A stretch of 28,570 bases of DNA from Candidatus Micrarchaeota archaeon (GTDB lineage: Archaea > Micrarchaeota > Micrarchaeia > Anstonellales > Bilamarchaeaceae), in NCBI GenBank assembly GCA_041694885.1, contig JBGFRX010000003.1:1-28570 (forward strand), given 5' to 3'. A program made the translations under genes and the position numbers. Below the pieces are notes generated by a model. That model was not told the origin of the DNA. It saw only the letters and a list, made by a program, of their open reading frames with translations, and searched no databases. Below are positions 15,555 to 25,022 of this stretch, in pieces (the first letter of the stretch is position 1; each line of letters opens with the position of its first letter).

Positions 15555-16910
15555 ATGGACATTAGGAATTATCTGATGCCTGTGGCAGCACTCCTCGTCA
15601 CCGTTGCCTTTGGCTACGGGATTTATATTATAGGCTCAGGGCTCATGACAGAGGGAGAGGGGCATAAAGTAAACCCTGAAAAAATACTGCTCGCTGCGCT
15701 CGAAAAGCCGACGGAATACGCGAATGGAATTTACACTTATGAATACGTGGACAGCTACGACGGCTATCCAATAAGCACGCGGATGGTCCATTCCACTGAG
15801 TTCGCGCTCGTAAAAGTGACGAGCCCGGTCTTCGAGAAGGCGATATATATGGATAGAGATTTGGGCATGAATGCGCTCTGCGTGCGATTCAACAACAACG
15901 AGTCCTGCGCAGAAGTAAGCCGGAATTCAACCCTCGCCCCTGCATTCGAGAGCATGAAAAAAGCCCTTTTCACAAACAGAGCGCTGGGCGATGCGGAAAG
16001 AATGGAAATATACATAGGAAGGGGGGCTGTGAAATTCGCTGAAAAGACGGAGAGGCGAAGCGAGGGGGAAAAGGAATGCAGCGCAGTGAAGTACGTCCTG
16101 GACTATTCCCTGCTGACATTCGCTGATTTGGAAAAATTGGGGATGAGCCCGAGCGACCCTGCGCTCCTTTATTCCAAGAATTATTCAATCGAATATTGCA
16201 TAGACAACGAGAGCAATATCCTCTTCATAAAAATGGATTACACATTCCTTGGGCAGGAAAAAAGAACCGAAACAAAAGTCATCGCTTCGGACTGGGGCGT
16301 TGCAAACAGAAGCGAATTCAAGTTTCCACAAACAGCCAACGAAAGCGAAACTGAATCCCTTTTCCTGAATGCAATAAGCGCGGAAAAGAGCGTGCTCGCG
16401 TGCTCGAAAAACCTCACTACAAAAGATAGCTGCATAAGGACTTATGCAGTGCAGAATTCCGCCCCTGACCTGTGCCTGCTTGCAGGAACTGCCAAGGACA
16501 AGTGCATACTGCTTATAGCACCGCGGAAGCTGCGCGCAGACCTGTGTGGAAAGGTTGACAACTCCCCGCTCAGGGACGACTGCTGGATAGAGATTGCTGC
16601 ACGCACGAACGAAAGCATCCTGTGCGCAAATATATCGGACGGAGAAAAGAACGCATACTGCCTTTCTCTCATGCCTGCGCCGGCAGGGTGCACTTCTGAT
16701 GCGGACTGTTTTCGTGCCGGTTGCTCAGGCGAATTGTGCGTTTCTGAAGAAATGAGAGACGTGATAACCACATGCGAATACAGAGCAGAGTACGCATGCC
16801 TCAAGTTCACGAACTGCGGATGCATAGATGGAGTATGCGGCTGGGCGCTGAACAAAAATTACACAAAATGCCTGAGTGAAATCAAAACAAGAGCAAATAA
16901 CACATCCTGA
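15555..16910 (+). CDS. Membrane-anchored Cys-rich surface protein with C-terminal eight-cysteine-cluster domain
   Basis: N-terminal TM helix, many N-x-S/T sequons, D.C...A.......C repeats, and a C..D.DC...GCSGELC...TTCE.R.EY.C.....CGC..G.CGW domain. Confidence 0.85.
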   Translation: MDIRNYLMPVAALLVTVAFGYGIYIIGSGLMTEGEGHKVNPEKILLAALEKPTEYANGIYTYEYVDSYDGYPISTRMVHSTEFALVKVTSPVFEKAIYMDRDLGMNALCVRFNNNESCAEVSRNSTLAPAFESMKKALFTNRALGDAERMEIYIGRGAVKFAEKTERRSEGEKECSAVKYVLDYSLLTFADLEKLGMSPSDPALLYSKNYSIEYCIDNESNILFIKMDYTFLGQEKRTETKVIASDWGVANRSEFKFPQTANESETESLFLNAISAEKSVLACSKNLTTKDSCIRTYAVQNSAPDLCLLAGTAKDKCILLIAPRKLRADLCGKVDNSPLRDDCWIEIAARTNESILCANISDGEKNAYCLSLMPAPAGCTSDADCFRAGCSGELCVSEEMRDVITTCEYRAEYACLKFTNCGCIDGVCGWALNKNYTKCLSEIKTRANNTS

Positions 16911-16917
16911 TCCGCGT

Positions 16918-17316
16918 TTATTTCTTCAGCAAATCAACCGCGTCCCTTGCGTTGAGCCCCAATTTTATGAACTCCAGCTCAGTTGGGCTTATCCATCTTC
17001 CCTCTTCGTGCTCAGACCTGATTTTGAGTTCATCTCCCTCTACTTCACCTTTATAGATTACATAAACGGAATGTTTTTCCCTTCCGTCTTTCTCGTACGT
17101 CGCAGAGCTCACTCCGAGCAGCGCAAGCTCCTTTACCTTAAGCCCTGTTTCCTCTTCCATTTCCCTTACTGCTGTCTTTTCCGGGTGCTCCCCGAATTCA
17201 ACTCCTCCGCCGGGGAATTCCCAGAAACCGTTTTTTCTCCTGAGCACGAGTATCTTCCCATTACGGAACGGAACGAAGTAAGCGTTGAGTTCCGGCGCAA
17301 AATCAGCAAGAGTCAT
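16918..17316 (-). CDS. NUDIX hydrolase
   Basis: Nudix box GGGVEFGEHPEKTAVREMEEETGL. Confidence 0.95.
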   Translation of the reverse strand: MTLADFAPELNAYFVPFRNGKILVLRRKNGFWEFPGGGVEFGEHPEKTAVREMEEETGLKVKELALLGVSSATYEKDGREKHSVYVIYKGEVEGDELKIRSEHEEGRWISPTELEFIKLGLNARDAVDLLKK

Positions 17317-17343
17317 GTTATCGCGTCAAATCATGTGCTTTCG

Positions 17344-18165
17344 TTATACTTCCCCTTCCCTTATTTTCCTGAACCGCTCGAATTTTTCCTCGTCCAAGTA
17401 ATCAAGCGAGGAGCTGCACGATGCGCATTTGAACAACTGCTCCACAGCTGCCTCGAACCTCACTGTGCTCTCGAGCCCGCAGTCCTTGCAGAAATAGAAA
17501 TCAACGCCTCCCTGCGGCCGCAGCGCCTCCCTGCTTTCATGCCTTTCCTTCACCCATTTCGTTATCCTTCCTTCGTTCAGCACCCATGCGTAGGAATACC
17601 AGCCGGTCTCGCTGTTCTTGTCGCGCAGGTACGCCACCAGTCCGGAATTGTGCAGGCGGTTGAGCGAAGCGCGCACGTCCGAGATCTTTATTTTGAGCTT
17701 TTTCGCGAGCTCCTCGTCGCTCGGATTCGCAGGCAGGCTCCTTATCACTTCCAGCGTGTTCTCGCCTCCAAGCTCTATGAGCCAGTGCCTCACGCGCGCA
17801 TGCGAAAGTATCTCCTGCAGCTCGCGCGAAAGCTCCTTCCTGACCTGCACTTGCGGCTCCTGCACAGATATTTTCACTTTCGCGCTCTTTCTCTTCATCT
17901 TATTTTTTAGATCCGGAAGTTTCTTCTTCATCCCCCATTTAGCCATTTTTTTCCGGGCGCGGTTAATCATTTTTTCGGCTGTCTTCGCTTTGTTTTTGGC
18001 AGGGATTTTTTTCTGTGTTTTTGCTTTCAGAATTTTGCCGTGCGCCTTCGCTTTTTTCGCAATAATCCTTTTTTCGACTAGTTTGGCATTTTTCGCCTTG
18101 CTCTTGTTTTTCGCGCCTGGTTTTTTTGCAGAACCTGCTCTGGACTTTTTGATGTTTTTTACCAT
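17344..18165 (-). CDS. tfe: Transcription factor E alpha with Lys-rich N-terminal extension
   Basis: Winged helix SDEELAKKLKIKISDVRASLNRL..GL..Y.R.K..ETGWYSY.W and Zn ribbon YFC..C...F..A....FKC..C...L; start codon uncertain (18165 or 18180). Confidence 0.92.
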   Translation of the reverse strand: MVKNIKKSRAGSAKKPGAKNKSKAKNAKLVEKRIIAKKAKAHGKILKAKTQKKIPAKNKAKTAEKMINRARKKMAKWGMKKKLPDLKNKMKRKSAKVKISVQEPQVQVRKELSRELQEILSHARVRHWLIELGGENTLEVIRSLPANPSDEELAKKLKIKISDVRASLNRLHNSGLVAYLRDKNSETGWYSYAWVLNEGRITKWVKERHESREALRPQGGVDFYFCKDCGLESTVRFEAAVEQLFKCASCSSSLDYLDEEKFERFRKIREGEV

Positions 18166-18292
18166 AAATACCACACCCATATTGCTCATTTTCACTATTT
18201 AAATCTATGGTCTTCACGAGAGGGAAAAAGGACGGAAAGGCGGTGTTTTTTGGTGTTCGGACAGAAATAATTAAAAGGTGCAGTTGCGCGTA

Positions 18293-18487
18293 ATGTTCAT
18301 GGGAAAGCACGCGATTGTACTCGAGAAACTGGTTGACTTGAAAAAGATGAAGGCAGGGTTCGCGGAACTCGATGCCTATATGCGGAAAAAGGTTGCCGAA
18401 TTAGAAGAACGCAGCAAAACAGGCGGAGAAACATACAAGATCGCAGTGCACGCGTACAACTGCGCGGAAGAGCGGCGGAGGAACTGA
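18293..18487 (+). CDS. Small hypothetical protein
   Basis: ~64-aa ORF with protein-like composition, divergent from tfe. Confidence 0.5.
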   Translation: MFMGKHAIVLEKLVDLKKMKAGFAELDAYMRKKVAELEERSKTGGETYKIAVHAYNCAEERRRN

Positions 18488-18542
18488 TTTTGTAGAGCCG
18501 CAAACCAAAAACGAATTTAAATAAGCACCTGATAAACCGAAT

Positions 18543-20336
18543 ATGGCGGACATAATGACCCAGCTCGGGCTGATTTTCCTCGCCTCGGTTATTTTCATGC
18601 TGGTGGCGCTTCGCTTCCAGCTTCCACCCGTGGTCGGGCTTCTTTTAGCTGGCGCGATGATAGGTCCGAACATGCTCGGCCTCGTTTCGCAGAGCGAGTA
18701 CATAACCATCTTTTCCGAGATAGGGGCGATACTCCTCCTTTTCTTCGTAGGAATAGAGTTTAGTATAAGCAGGGTTGCGAAGATGGGCATCCGCCCGGTT
18801 GCGGTTTGGCTCGTGAAGGATGCGCTGGTATTCATACTCGCATACGAAGCATCACTTTTCCTCGGGCTCGACGAAATGACCGCACTTGTCCTGGGCTCAG
18901 CGCTCGCGCTCTCGAGCACGACCTTCTTCATAAAATTAGTTGGGGAAAAGAACATCTCCGGAAGCCCTGAGGCAAACCTCGCGTTCGTTGTCCTCATAAT
19001 AGAGGACATGATAGCCATCTTCCTCCTCGCGATATATTCCGGAATGGGCGCAGGAGGGGTAGGAAATGGAATTTTTGTGTCGCTGCTCCTTCCGCTGCTC
19101 AAGGCGCTGCTCGCGATTACTGTGGCGTATATGGTGCTCGAAAGGGTAGTGCGCTTCGTATTCGCCCGGCTCGTGCAGGTCAAGACCGACGAGATAATGG
19201 TATTCCTTTCTCTGAGCTTCGCAATAATGCTGAGCTTCTTCGCTTCGTTCATTGGGTTCGCGCCGAGCATAGGCGCATTCTTAGCAGGCAGCATGCTCTC
19301 TGGTATGAAGGGGTTCAGGAAAACCCAGGATACGCTCTCCAAGTTCGGCATGCTCTTCTCCTCGTTCTTCTTCCTTTCCATAGGTATGCTCGTGAGCCCC
19401 GCAGGAATATTCCAGAACATCACGATAATAGCCGTGCTTTTCGTACTTGTCACTGGCGGGATATTCGGCTCGGTCTTCCTCTCCACCTATCTCCTTGGCT
19501 ACAGGAGCTATTCCTCTGTGCGAACAGGCCTGCTCGTGCTCGCAGTAGGAGAATTCTCCCTCCTTATTGCGACCCAGACAAAGCACTTCGTAGCGCCCTT
19601 TGACATCGTGAGCGTGGTCTCCGCATTGGTTTTCCTCACAGCGCTGAGCGGAGGGATATTGATAAGGCAGGAAAAAAACGTGGACGCGCTCATAAATCGT
19701 CTGATGCCGCAGAAGATAAAGGACTCGGCAAAGCGCGTCTCCCTCTACCTGAACGAAGTGATAAGTGAATTCGAGCCGGGCGGCTCCGTGTACGCAACGT
19801 TCGCGAAGGAAGGGCAGCGGGGCGTAATCGGGCTCGTGCTTTTCGCGCTCATCGCAGTTTCGGCTGTTCTTGCGTACAACATAATCCAGGCCATTTTCCC
19901 CGCATACGCGAACTACGTGATAGCCGTTGCTGTGGTGCTCGAACTCTTTCCACTCGCGAACATCGCCTACGCGCTCAAGCGCCTGATGGACGAATCCGCG
20001 CATGCATTCCACAAGGCGATGGGAGAAAACCTCGCGCTGGACGACCTTGCGATGCGCAACATCGCAATTGCGCTCTTCTTCTTCGCTATCGCGTTCATAA
20101 TCCCGCTCGCTGCCTCGCTTCTCAAGCTTCCGAAGATCTTCGGCACGCTCTTCGTAGTCCCACTCTTCCTTTCGCTCCTTTTCGCATGGAACCTCGCTAT
20201 GACGATAAGAAAGATAATGCTGATGAAGGAGTTCTATCATTACAAACGCAGGAGAGTTGGCTTCAGGCCGCCCTACCGCAATATCAGGGAAATAAGGAGC
20301 ATAAACGCTCCTCCATACAAGAGGTACGGGAAATAA
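18543..20336 (+). CDS. Cation:proton antiporter, CPA2 (Kef-like) family, with extra C-terminal TM helices
   Basis: PPVVG.LLAG..IGP, EIG.ILLLF.VGIEF, LSST, LIIED, GAFLAG, FFLSIG and GEFSL motifs; no KTN domain seen. Confidence 0.93.
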   Translation: MADIMTQLGLIFLASVIFMLVALRFQLPPVVGLLLAGAMIGPNMLGLVSQSEYITIFSEIGAILLLFFVGIEFSISRVAKMGIRPVAVWLVKDALVFILAYEASLFLGLDEMTALVLGSALALSSTTFFIKLVGEKNISGSPEANLAFVVLIIEDMIAIFLLAIYSGMGAGGVGNGIFVSLLLPLLKALLAITVAYMVLERVVRFVFARLVQVKTDEIMVFLSLSFAIMLSFFASFIGFAPSIGAFLAGSMLSGMKGFRKTQDTLSKFGMLFSSFFFLSIGMLVSPAGIFQNITIIAVLFVLVTGGIFGSVFLSTYLLGYRSYSSVRTGLLVLAVGEFSLLIATQTKHFVAPFDIVSVVSALVFLTALSGGILIRQEKNVDALINRLMPQKIKDSAKRVSLYLNEVISEFEPGGSVYATFAKEGQRGVIGLVLFALIAVSAVLAYNIIQAIFPAYANYVIAVAVVLELFPLANIAYALKRLMDESAHAFHKAMGENLALDDLAMRNIAIALFFFAIAFIIPLAASLLKLPKIFGTLFVVPLFLSLLFAWNLAMTIRKIMLMKEFYHYKRRRVGFRPPYRNIREIRSINAPPYKRYGK

Positions 20337-20387
20337 AATCAAGCGAATCGAAAAAACCCCGAAATAAAAAAAGGTCTGGTTGAAGTC

Positions 20388-20972
20388 ATGAAAAAGAACG
20401 TGGAAAAAAAGGAGAAGTGTTTGTATAAGGGGAAGAAGATATCTGGATTTACCCCTTATACGAGGAAATTGGGGAAAATATCCTTCAGGAGCGGCGACTG
20501 GTGGTTCTGGCTCAGACACAGCAATCCGTTGCGCGTAGCATTCAATCTTTCCATCTGTTTGTTTTCCATACTCTGCCCCTTTCCGGAAATAAAAAATCCC
20601 CTCTTGCGCCTTACCGGGATGAAGGTGGGAAAAAACACCTTCATTGCAGCAGGAACCGCGCTCGATATTTTCTACCCCGAACTGATTGAGATAGGGGAAA
20701 ACGCGATAATCGGCTACAGCTGCGTCATAACTGCTCACGAGATGGTCAATGTGAAGAAAAAGGAGGAGTCCGCAGAACGCGAAACCCAGAATTCAGAACT
20801 CCGATTCGGGAGAGTGAAAATAGGCGCGAACGCGACAATAGGCGCAAGGAGCATTATCCTTCCTGGAGTGGAAATAGGTGCAGGCGCAACAGTGGGAGCA
20901 ATGTCACTCGTGAACAGCAGCGTGCCTTCAGGAGCATTCTACGCAGGCGTTCCTGCAAAGAGAATAAAGTGA
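20388..20972 (+). CDS. Hexapeptide-repeat (left-handed beta-helix) acyltransferase
   Basis: GMKVGKN, DIFYPELIEIGENAIIG...AHE, IGANATIGARSIILPGV.IG, GVPAK. Confidence 0.92.
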   Translation: MKKNVEKKEKCLYKGKKISGFTPYTRKLGKISFRSGDWWFWLRHSNPLRVAFNLSICLFSILCPFPEIKNPLLRLTGMKVGKNTFIAAGTALDIFYPELIEIGENAIIGYSCVITAHEMVNVKKKEESAERETQNSELRFGRVKIGANATIGARSIILPGVEIGAGATVGAMSLVNSSVPSGAFYAGVPAKRIK

Positions 20973-20976
20973 GCTT

Positions 20977-21549
20977 GTGCATGTCCTCATGTTTCTGCTT
21001 GTCGCAGTCAATCTTCTTGGAGTTGCGGTAGGTATCATATTCTATTACCCCCAGCTTGCATCCGCGAATCCTGCTTTCTGGATTTTCATTCCCGACTGTC
21101 CACTCTACATCCTTCTCGCAACGTTTTTTTACCTCAGGATTCTGAAAAATGATTTGCTTAGGGCGATAACCGCGGTGGGGCTCCTCAAATACGGCCTGTG
21201 GACTATTTTCGCACTCTTCCACTTCTCCGAATATTTCCTTTCCAATGCGCTTGGCTGGGTGCTCGTCTTCGAGCACATAGGAATGATGCTTCAATATGCG
21301 CTCTTCGCAGCTCCAATGGAAAAAAAATCCGCATACATCGCTGCCGGATGGTTTCTCCTGAACGATTTCGTGGACTACGTTTTCGGGGTGCACGCATTCC
21401 TTCCTTCAAATGATTTGTGGGTGATCGTTGCATTCTCGCTCGCGAGTTCGCTTGCCATTCCTGCGTTCGTATTTTTTTATGGCAAAAAAATCGCAAGCAT
21501 GCGGATTGTAAAAAGCGCGAAATCGCTCCTCCATCTCCATTACATTTAA
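20977..21549 (+). CDS. DUF1405-like membrane protein
   Basis: N..G...G..Y..QL, FIPDCPL, KYGLWT, H..M and WF..ND..DY pattern. Confidence 0.8.
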   Translation: MHVLMFLLVAVNLLGVAVGIIFYYPQLASANPAFWIFIPDCPLYILLATFFYLRILKNDLLRAITAVGLLKYGLWTIFALFHFSEYFLSNALGWVLVFEHIGMMLQYALFAAPMEKKSAYIAAGWFLLNDFVDYVFGVHAFLPSNDLWVIVAFSLASSLAIPAFVFFYGKKIASMRIVKSAKSLLHLHYI

Positions 21550-21589
21550 GTTTGCGGAGTGAAGCCGAATATTATAGCGAGCGCGCCTA

Positions 21590-22126
21590 TTACATTTTTT
21601 GTTTCATTTTCTTCCTCTTCTCGCTCGGCTCAATAGTTATCTTCCCCCTGAATTTTTTCTGGAAATCGCGGCCGAGCGCATTTCCATCCAGCAACTGATT
21701 CATGACTATCGCGAGCGCGGCGACCTCGCTGTGCGGCTGATTCGTTACTGAAACGTTGAAGTCCGCAATTTCGTAGAATTCGCGCGGCACCTGCTTAGCC
21801 CCCACTATCACCAATATCTTTTCATTCGCCTTAATCCCGCTTATTTTCTCCTGTAGAGGAATCCCGTACATAGTAAGATGCACAATCACAAAGCTATTCT
21901 TTTTGTATTCATTCGCGATTTTGAGCGGATTCTTCGTGTATTTTACTATAAATTTTCCCCCCCAATTCTCGGATATTTTTCCCACGCTTTCCTCCAATGA
22001 GGAATCGTGCTGGCCAGCATAAACGATTTCATCAGCCCCGAATGCGCGCGCGACCAGCGCAACATGCGTTGTAATCCGCTCGTCGCGGGGAAGGCGATGA
22101 CCAAGGCGCAGCACTGAAATTTCCAT
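21590..22126 (-). CDS. trm56: tRNA (cytidine-56-2'-O)-methyltransferase
   Basis: VLRLGHR..RD.RITTHV.LVARAFGA, WGG.F, VHLTMYG, VGA..VP, NQPHSEVAALA. Confidence 0.97.
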   Translation of the reverse strand: MEISVLRLGHRLPRDERITTHVALVARAFGADEIVYAGQHDSSLEESVGKISENWGGKFIVKYTKNPLKIANEYKKNSFVIVHLTMYGIPLQEKISGIKANEKILVIVGAKQVPREFYEIADFNVSVTNQPHSEVAALAIVMNQLLDGNALGRDFQKKFRGKITIEPSEKRKKMKQKM

Positions 22127-22131
22127 CCACC

Positions 22132-22704
22132 TCACAGCTTTTTCACGGCAAGCACTCCATCCTTGCCTCTTTTGAATTCATACCCCCTCATAAAGTACGT
22201 TTTTTCCATCCTGTTTCCTCTTTCCTTTATGAGGTCCTCCAGCGTCCCTGCAGGCCAGTCAGGATTTATATACGAAACAGCGTAGGATAATCCGTTCGTC
22301 TTCCCTTCCTTCTCTCTTTCCTCCACGAGGATTTTCCTTATCCCTCTTCCTTCGTACGCGAGCAGAAGGGCTACGTCTTCCAAGTAGACGGCATTGGATT
22401 CGCCCTTCGCTATCCTTTCCCTCTTTTCGTCGTAATATGCCGGCCATGCGAGCCCTGCGCCAACCAGCATCCTTTCTACGTACGCGCCATAGCTCATTCC
22501 AGCCTTAAGCACATCCGCGACCTGCTCTTTTGTGGATTCCCAGAGGGTTTTCCGCATTATTACGAATACTTCGTCCAAATCAGCTAACATGAGCTTCTTT
22601 ATTTCCACGTTCTCGAAGTCGCTCAGCAACTCGAGCTTCTTCGGCTTCACTGCCTCCGTCTCTTTCTTCTCCTCGAAAATCTTTTCCCTGAACGGATTGG
22701 CCAT
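22132..22704 (-). CDS. GNAT-family N-acetyltransferase-like protein
   Basis: YLEDVALLLAYEGRGIRKILV resembles GNAT motif A; C-terminal Y..RGY. Confidence 0.7.
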   Translation of the reverse strand: MANPFREKIFEEKKETEAVKPKKLELLSDFENVEIKKLMLADLDEVFVIMRKTLWESTKEQVADVLKAGMSYGAYVERMLVGAGLAWPAYYDEKRERIAKGESNAVYLEDVALLLAYEGRGIRKILVEEREKEGKTNGLSYAVSYINPDWPAGTLEDLIKERGNRMEKTYFMRGYEFKRGKDGVLAVKKL

Positions 22705-22764
22705 GAAAGTAGATTTGGAATAGGAATAAATAAGGTTTTCTAATCGGAAAAAAAGAAGAAAAAA

Positions 22765-23571
22765 TTACTTCTTCCTGTGCATCTTCCACAACATCAGGAT
22801 TACGAGCAACACTATCGTGCCGGGTATGAGAAATCCAACTGCGCCCACGACCAGTGTTATCGCGAAACTCATGGCTCCGAAGAACACTGCAGCAAGGTCG
22901 CCGAGCGGAATGAACAAATCTCTTTCTATCGCTGGTTTTTCCTCGTACATGTAAACCGTAATTGTGGATTTCACAGCCTTTCTCTCCAAATTCCGCCTCT
23001 GCTGCTCGTAAATCTCCAACTGAGTCACGACATTATTTATCTCGCTTCTTATCTTCAGTATGTCATCTATATTGTCTGTCCTGTTGTAAAGTGAATTAAG
23101 CGTATCAAGTTCGCTTTTCAGGTTCCTTATCCTTATCTCCAAATCCCTGTACTGCGTAGTCACATCCTCCAAATTCGTGTTTACACTCTTCACTTCGCCC
23201 AATTTCTTTATTTCGCCCAGAATGGAATCGAAATTCTTCAGTTCTATCTTCACTGTGAGGTAATAGCCTTTCTCCATCGTGTATTCATTATACGAAATTC
23301 CGGTGAGCTCACCTCCGTTCTCAGCAATAATCACCTTGAGCTGCGCGAACTTGTTCTCCAATGTACCCTGCTGCACAAGCACGCGCACATTGCCGGTCTT
23401 AATTACAACTTGGTGCCCACCGAAGGGGCTTTCTTCAGTAAAAGAGCCCATAGTGGATTTGCCCACTTCTACGCCAGTAATTTTCTCTCTCTGGCCGGTC
23501 AAATCGCTGAGCTCAGTGCATCCGGCAAGCAGGAGAGCGCCAATCAGGAACGCAATGAAGATTTTGTTCAT
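22765..23571 (-). CDS. DUF4349-like lipoprotein
   Basis: Lipobox LLAGC, VIKTG.V.., EDVT.QY.DL..RI.NL coiled coil, STITV, C-terminal TM helix. Confidence 0.85.
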   Translation of the reverse strand: MNKIFIAFLIGALLLAGCTELSDLTGQREKITGVEVGKSTMGSFTEESPFGGHQVVIKTGNVRVLVQQGTLENKFAQLKVIIAENGGELTGISYNEYTMEKGYYLTVKIELKNFDSILGEIKKLGEVKSVNTNLEDVTTQYRDLEIRIRNLKSELDTLNSLYNRTDNIDDILKIRSEINNVVTQLEIYEQQRRNLERKAVKSTITVYMYEEKPAIERDLFIPLGDLAAVFFGAMSFAITLVVGAVGFLIPGTIVLLVILMLWKMHRKK

Positions 23572-23758
23572 GAGACCACCGGAATGCCTTATTTCTGGCT
23601 ACATCCTATAAATCTTCGCTTTGAACGCTTATCGCCGGTCCGGGTTCGCAAAAACAGATGTGTTTCGGATTATTGGATGAAGCTTCGCAAGGGATTAAAT
23701 TTAAAAAATTATAATTCAAAAATAGGAAGCGACGGTTTTATAATCGGGATGGGATTTG

Positions 23759-24307
23759 ATGAGTTTTGTTCCTAAAAAAGTCTTTTTTACGAAGGGCGTC
23801 GGGAAAAGCAGGGACTACCTCTCTTCGTTCGAGAGCGCGCTGCGCGACGCTGGGATAGCATATTTTAACATAGTGAGCGTGTCGAGCATATTCCCGCCCG
23901 GATGCAAGATAATCTCCAAAGAGGAAGGCATAAAGCACCTCAAGCCAGGGCAGGTGATTTTCTGCGTGATGTCCCGCATCGCTTCGGACGAACCGAACCG
24001 CCTCATAGCAGCGAGTGTGGGCTGTGCTGTACCGAGGCACAAGAAGAAATATGGCTACCTAAGCGAGCACCACGCGTTCGGCCAGACGGACGAGAAAGCG
24101 GGGGAATACGCAGAGGACCTCGCTGCGTCCATGCTCGCGACCACATTAGGGTTGCCCTTCAATCCTGAACAGGCGTGGAACGAACGGGAAAAATACTTCA
24201 AGATGAGTAAGGAGATAGTCAAGACGACCAATATTACTCAGTCGGCGATATGCGACAAAAACAAGATATGGACAACCGTAATCGCTGCTGCTGTTTTCAT
24301 TCTCTAA
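23759..24307 (+). CDS. pdaD: Pyruvoyl-dependent arginine decarboxylase
   Basis: [32 protein letters not shown] (self-cleavage SS), [25 protein letters not shown]. Confidence 0.96.
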   Translation: MSFVPKKVFFTKGVGKSRDYLSSFESALRDAGIAYFNIVSVSSIFPPGCKIISKEEGIKHLKPGQVIFCVMSRIASDEPNRLIAASVGCAVPRHKKKYGYLSEHHAFGQTDEKAGEYAEDLAASMLATTLGLPFNPEQAWNEREKYFKMSKEIVKTTNITQSAICDKNKIWTTVIAAAVFIL

Positions 24308-24327
24308 AATTTTTCAGCTTTCCTTCT

Positions 24328-24960
24328 CTAATCAACTTTAGCTGAATAGACGTGCTGCTGGAAATGCGACGGTCTGATGAAGTTCTCTATTTTCATCTTG
24401 AGCGCCTCGAATATTTCCATAAGCTTGTTTATCGCCGCCTGCACCGGCTTCATCATTACCTCTATCGATGCCCTGAGCTTCTGCACTCCGTTCATTATTA
24501 TGCGCTCTATGTTAAGGAATGTCCTTCTCTGCTTTATCGTCTTGTAGCCCCTTTTGAATTTTTTCGTGAGCCAGACCTTGAAACCCTGCCATTTGGCAGA
24601 TAACCAGTTCTCAACTGATGGCTGCTGCACAATGTTCAGTGCCACTGCTTGTGCGGCAACACTGTATGAATTTTCCATGCCCGCAATGGAGGTAGTTCCT
24701 TCTGCTGTGCGTGTGTTTTCCATCTGCGGAACCACCTCAGCGCATTTTGAAGAATTGATTTTTTGAACTGCTGCAGGCCTTTTGCCCATGTCCTCTGCTC
24801 TGCCCGTTATTGCAGCTGTCGGAGCCACCGTAGTTATGAAAATTGTTCCGGCCAAAGTCAGCGCCAGCTCTTTCTCTTTGAACTTCGCCCAGATCTTTTT
24901 ATGATCTGTAGTACTGCCGGCAGTGGCACGCTTAGCGATAGAATTAAACCCATGATTCAT
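24328..24960 (-). CDS. Hypothetical protein with one hydrophobic segment
   Basis: Long ORF filling the gap between pdaD and the DHH gene; no recognisable family; start uncertain (24960 or 24999). Confidence 0.55.
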   Translation of the reverse strand: MNHGFNSIAKRATAGSTTDHKKIWAKFKEKELALTLAGTIFITTVAPTAAITGRAEDMGKRPAAVQKINSSKCAEVVPQMENTRTAEGTTSIAGMENSYSVAAQAVALNIVQQPSVENWLSAKWQGFKVWLTKKFKRGYKTIKQRRTFLNIERIIMNGVQKLRASIEVMMKPVQAAINKLMEIFEALKMKIENFIRPSHFQQHVYSAKVD

Positions 24961-25022
24961 GGAAAAACTATTGGAAAAACAGCTTAAATAGATTTCCATT
25001 GGGGTTTCGCTTTTTGTCGAAA

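Noticed and set aside
19281..20738. Long antisense ORF (485 aa) and similar shadow ORFs (e.g. 4400..5320, 8337..9278, 16876..17910)
   Set aside because: They overlap well-supported genes on the opposite strand and have no recognisable motifs.
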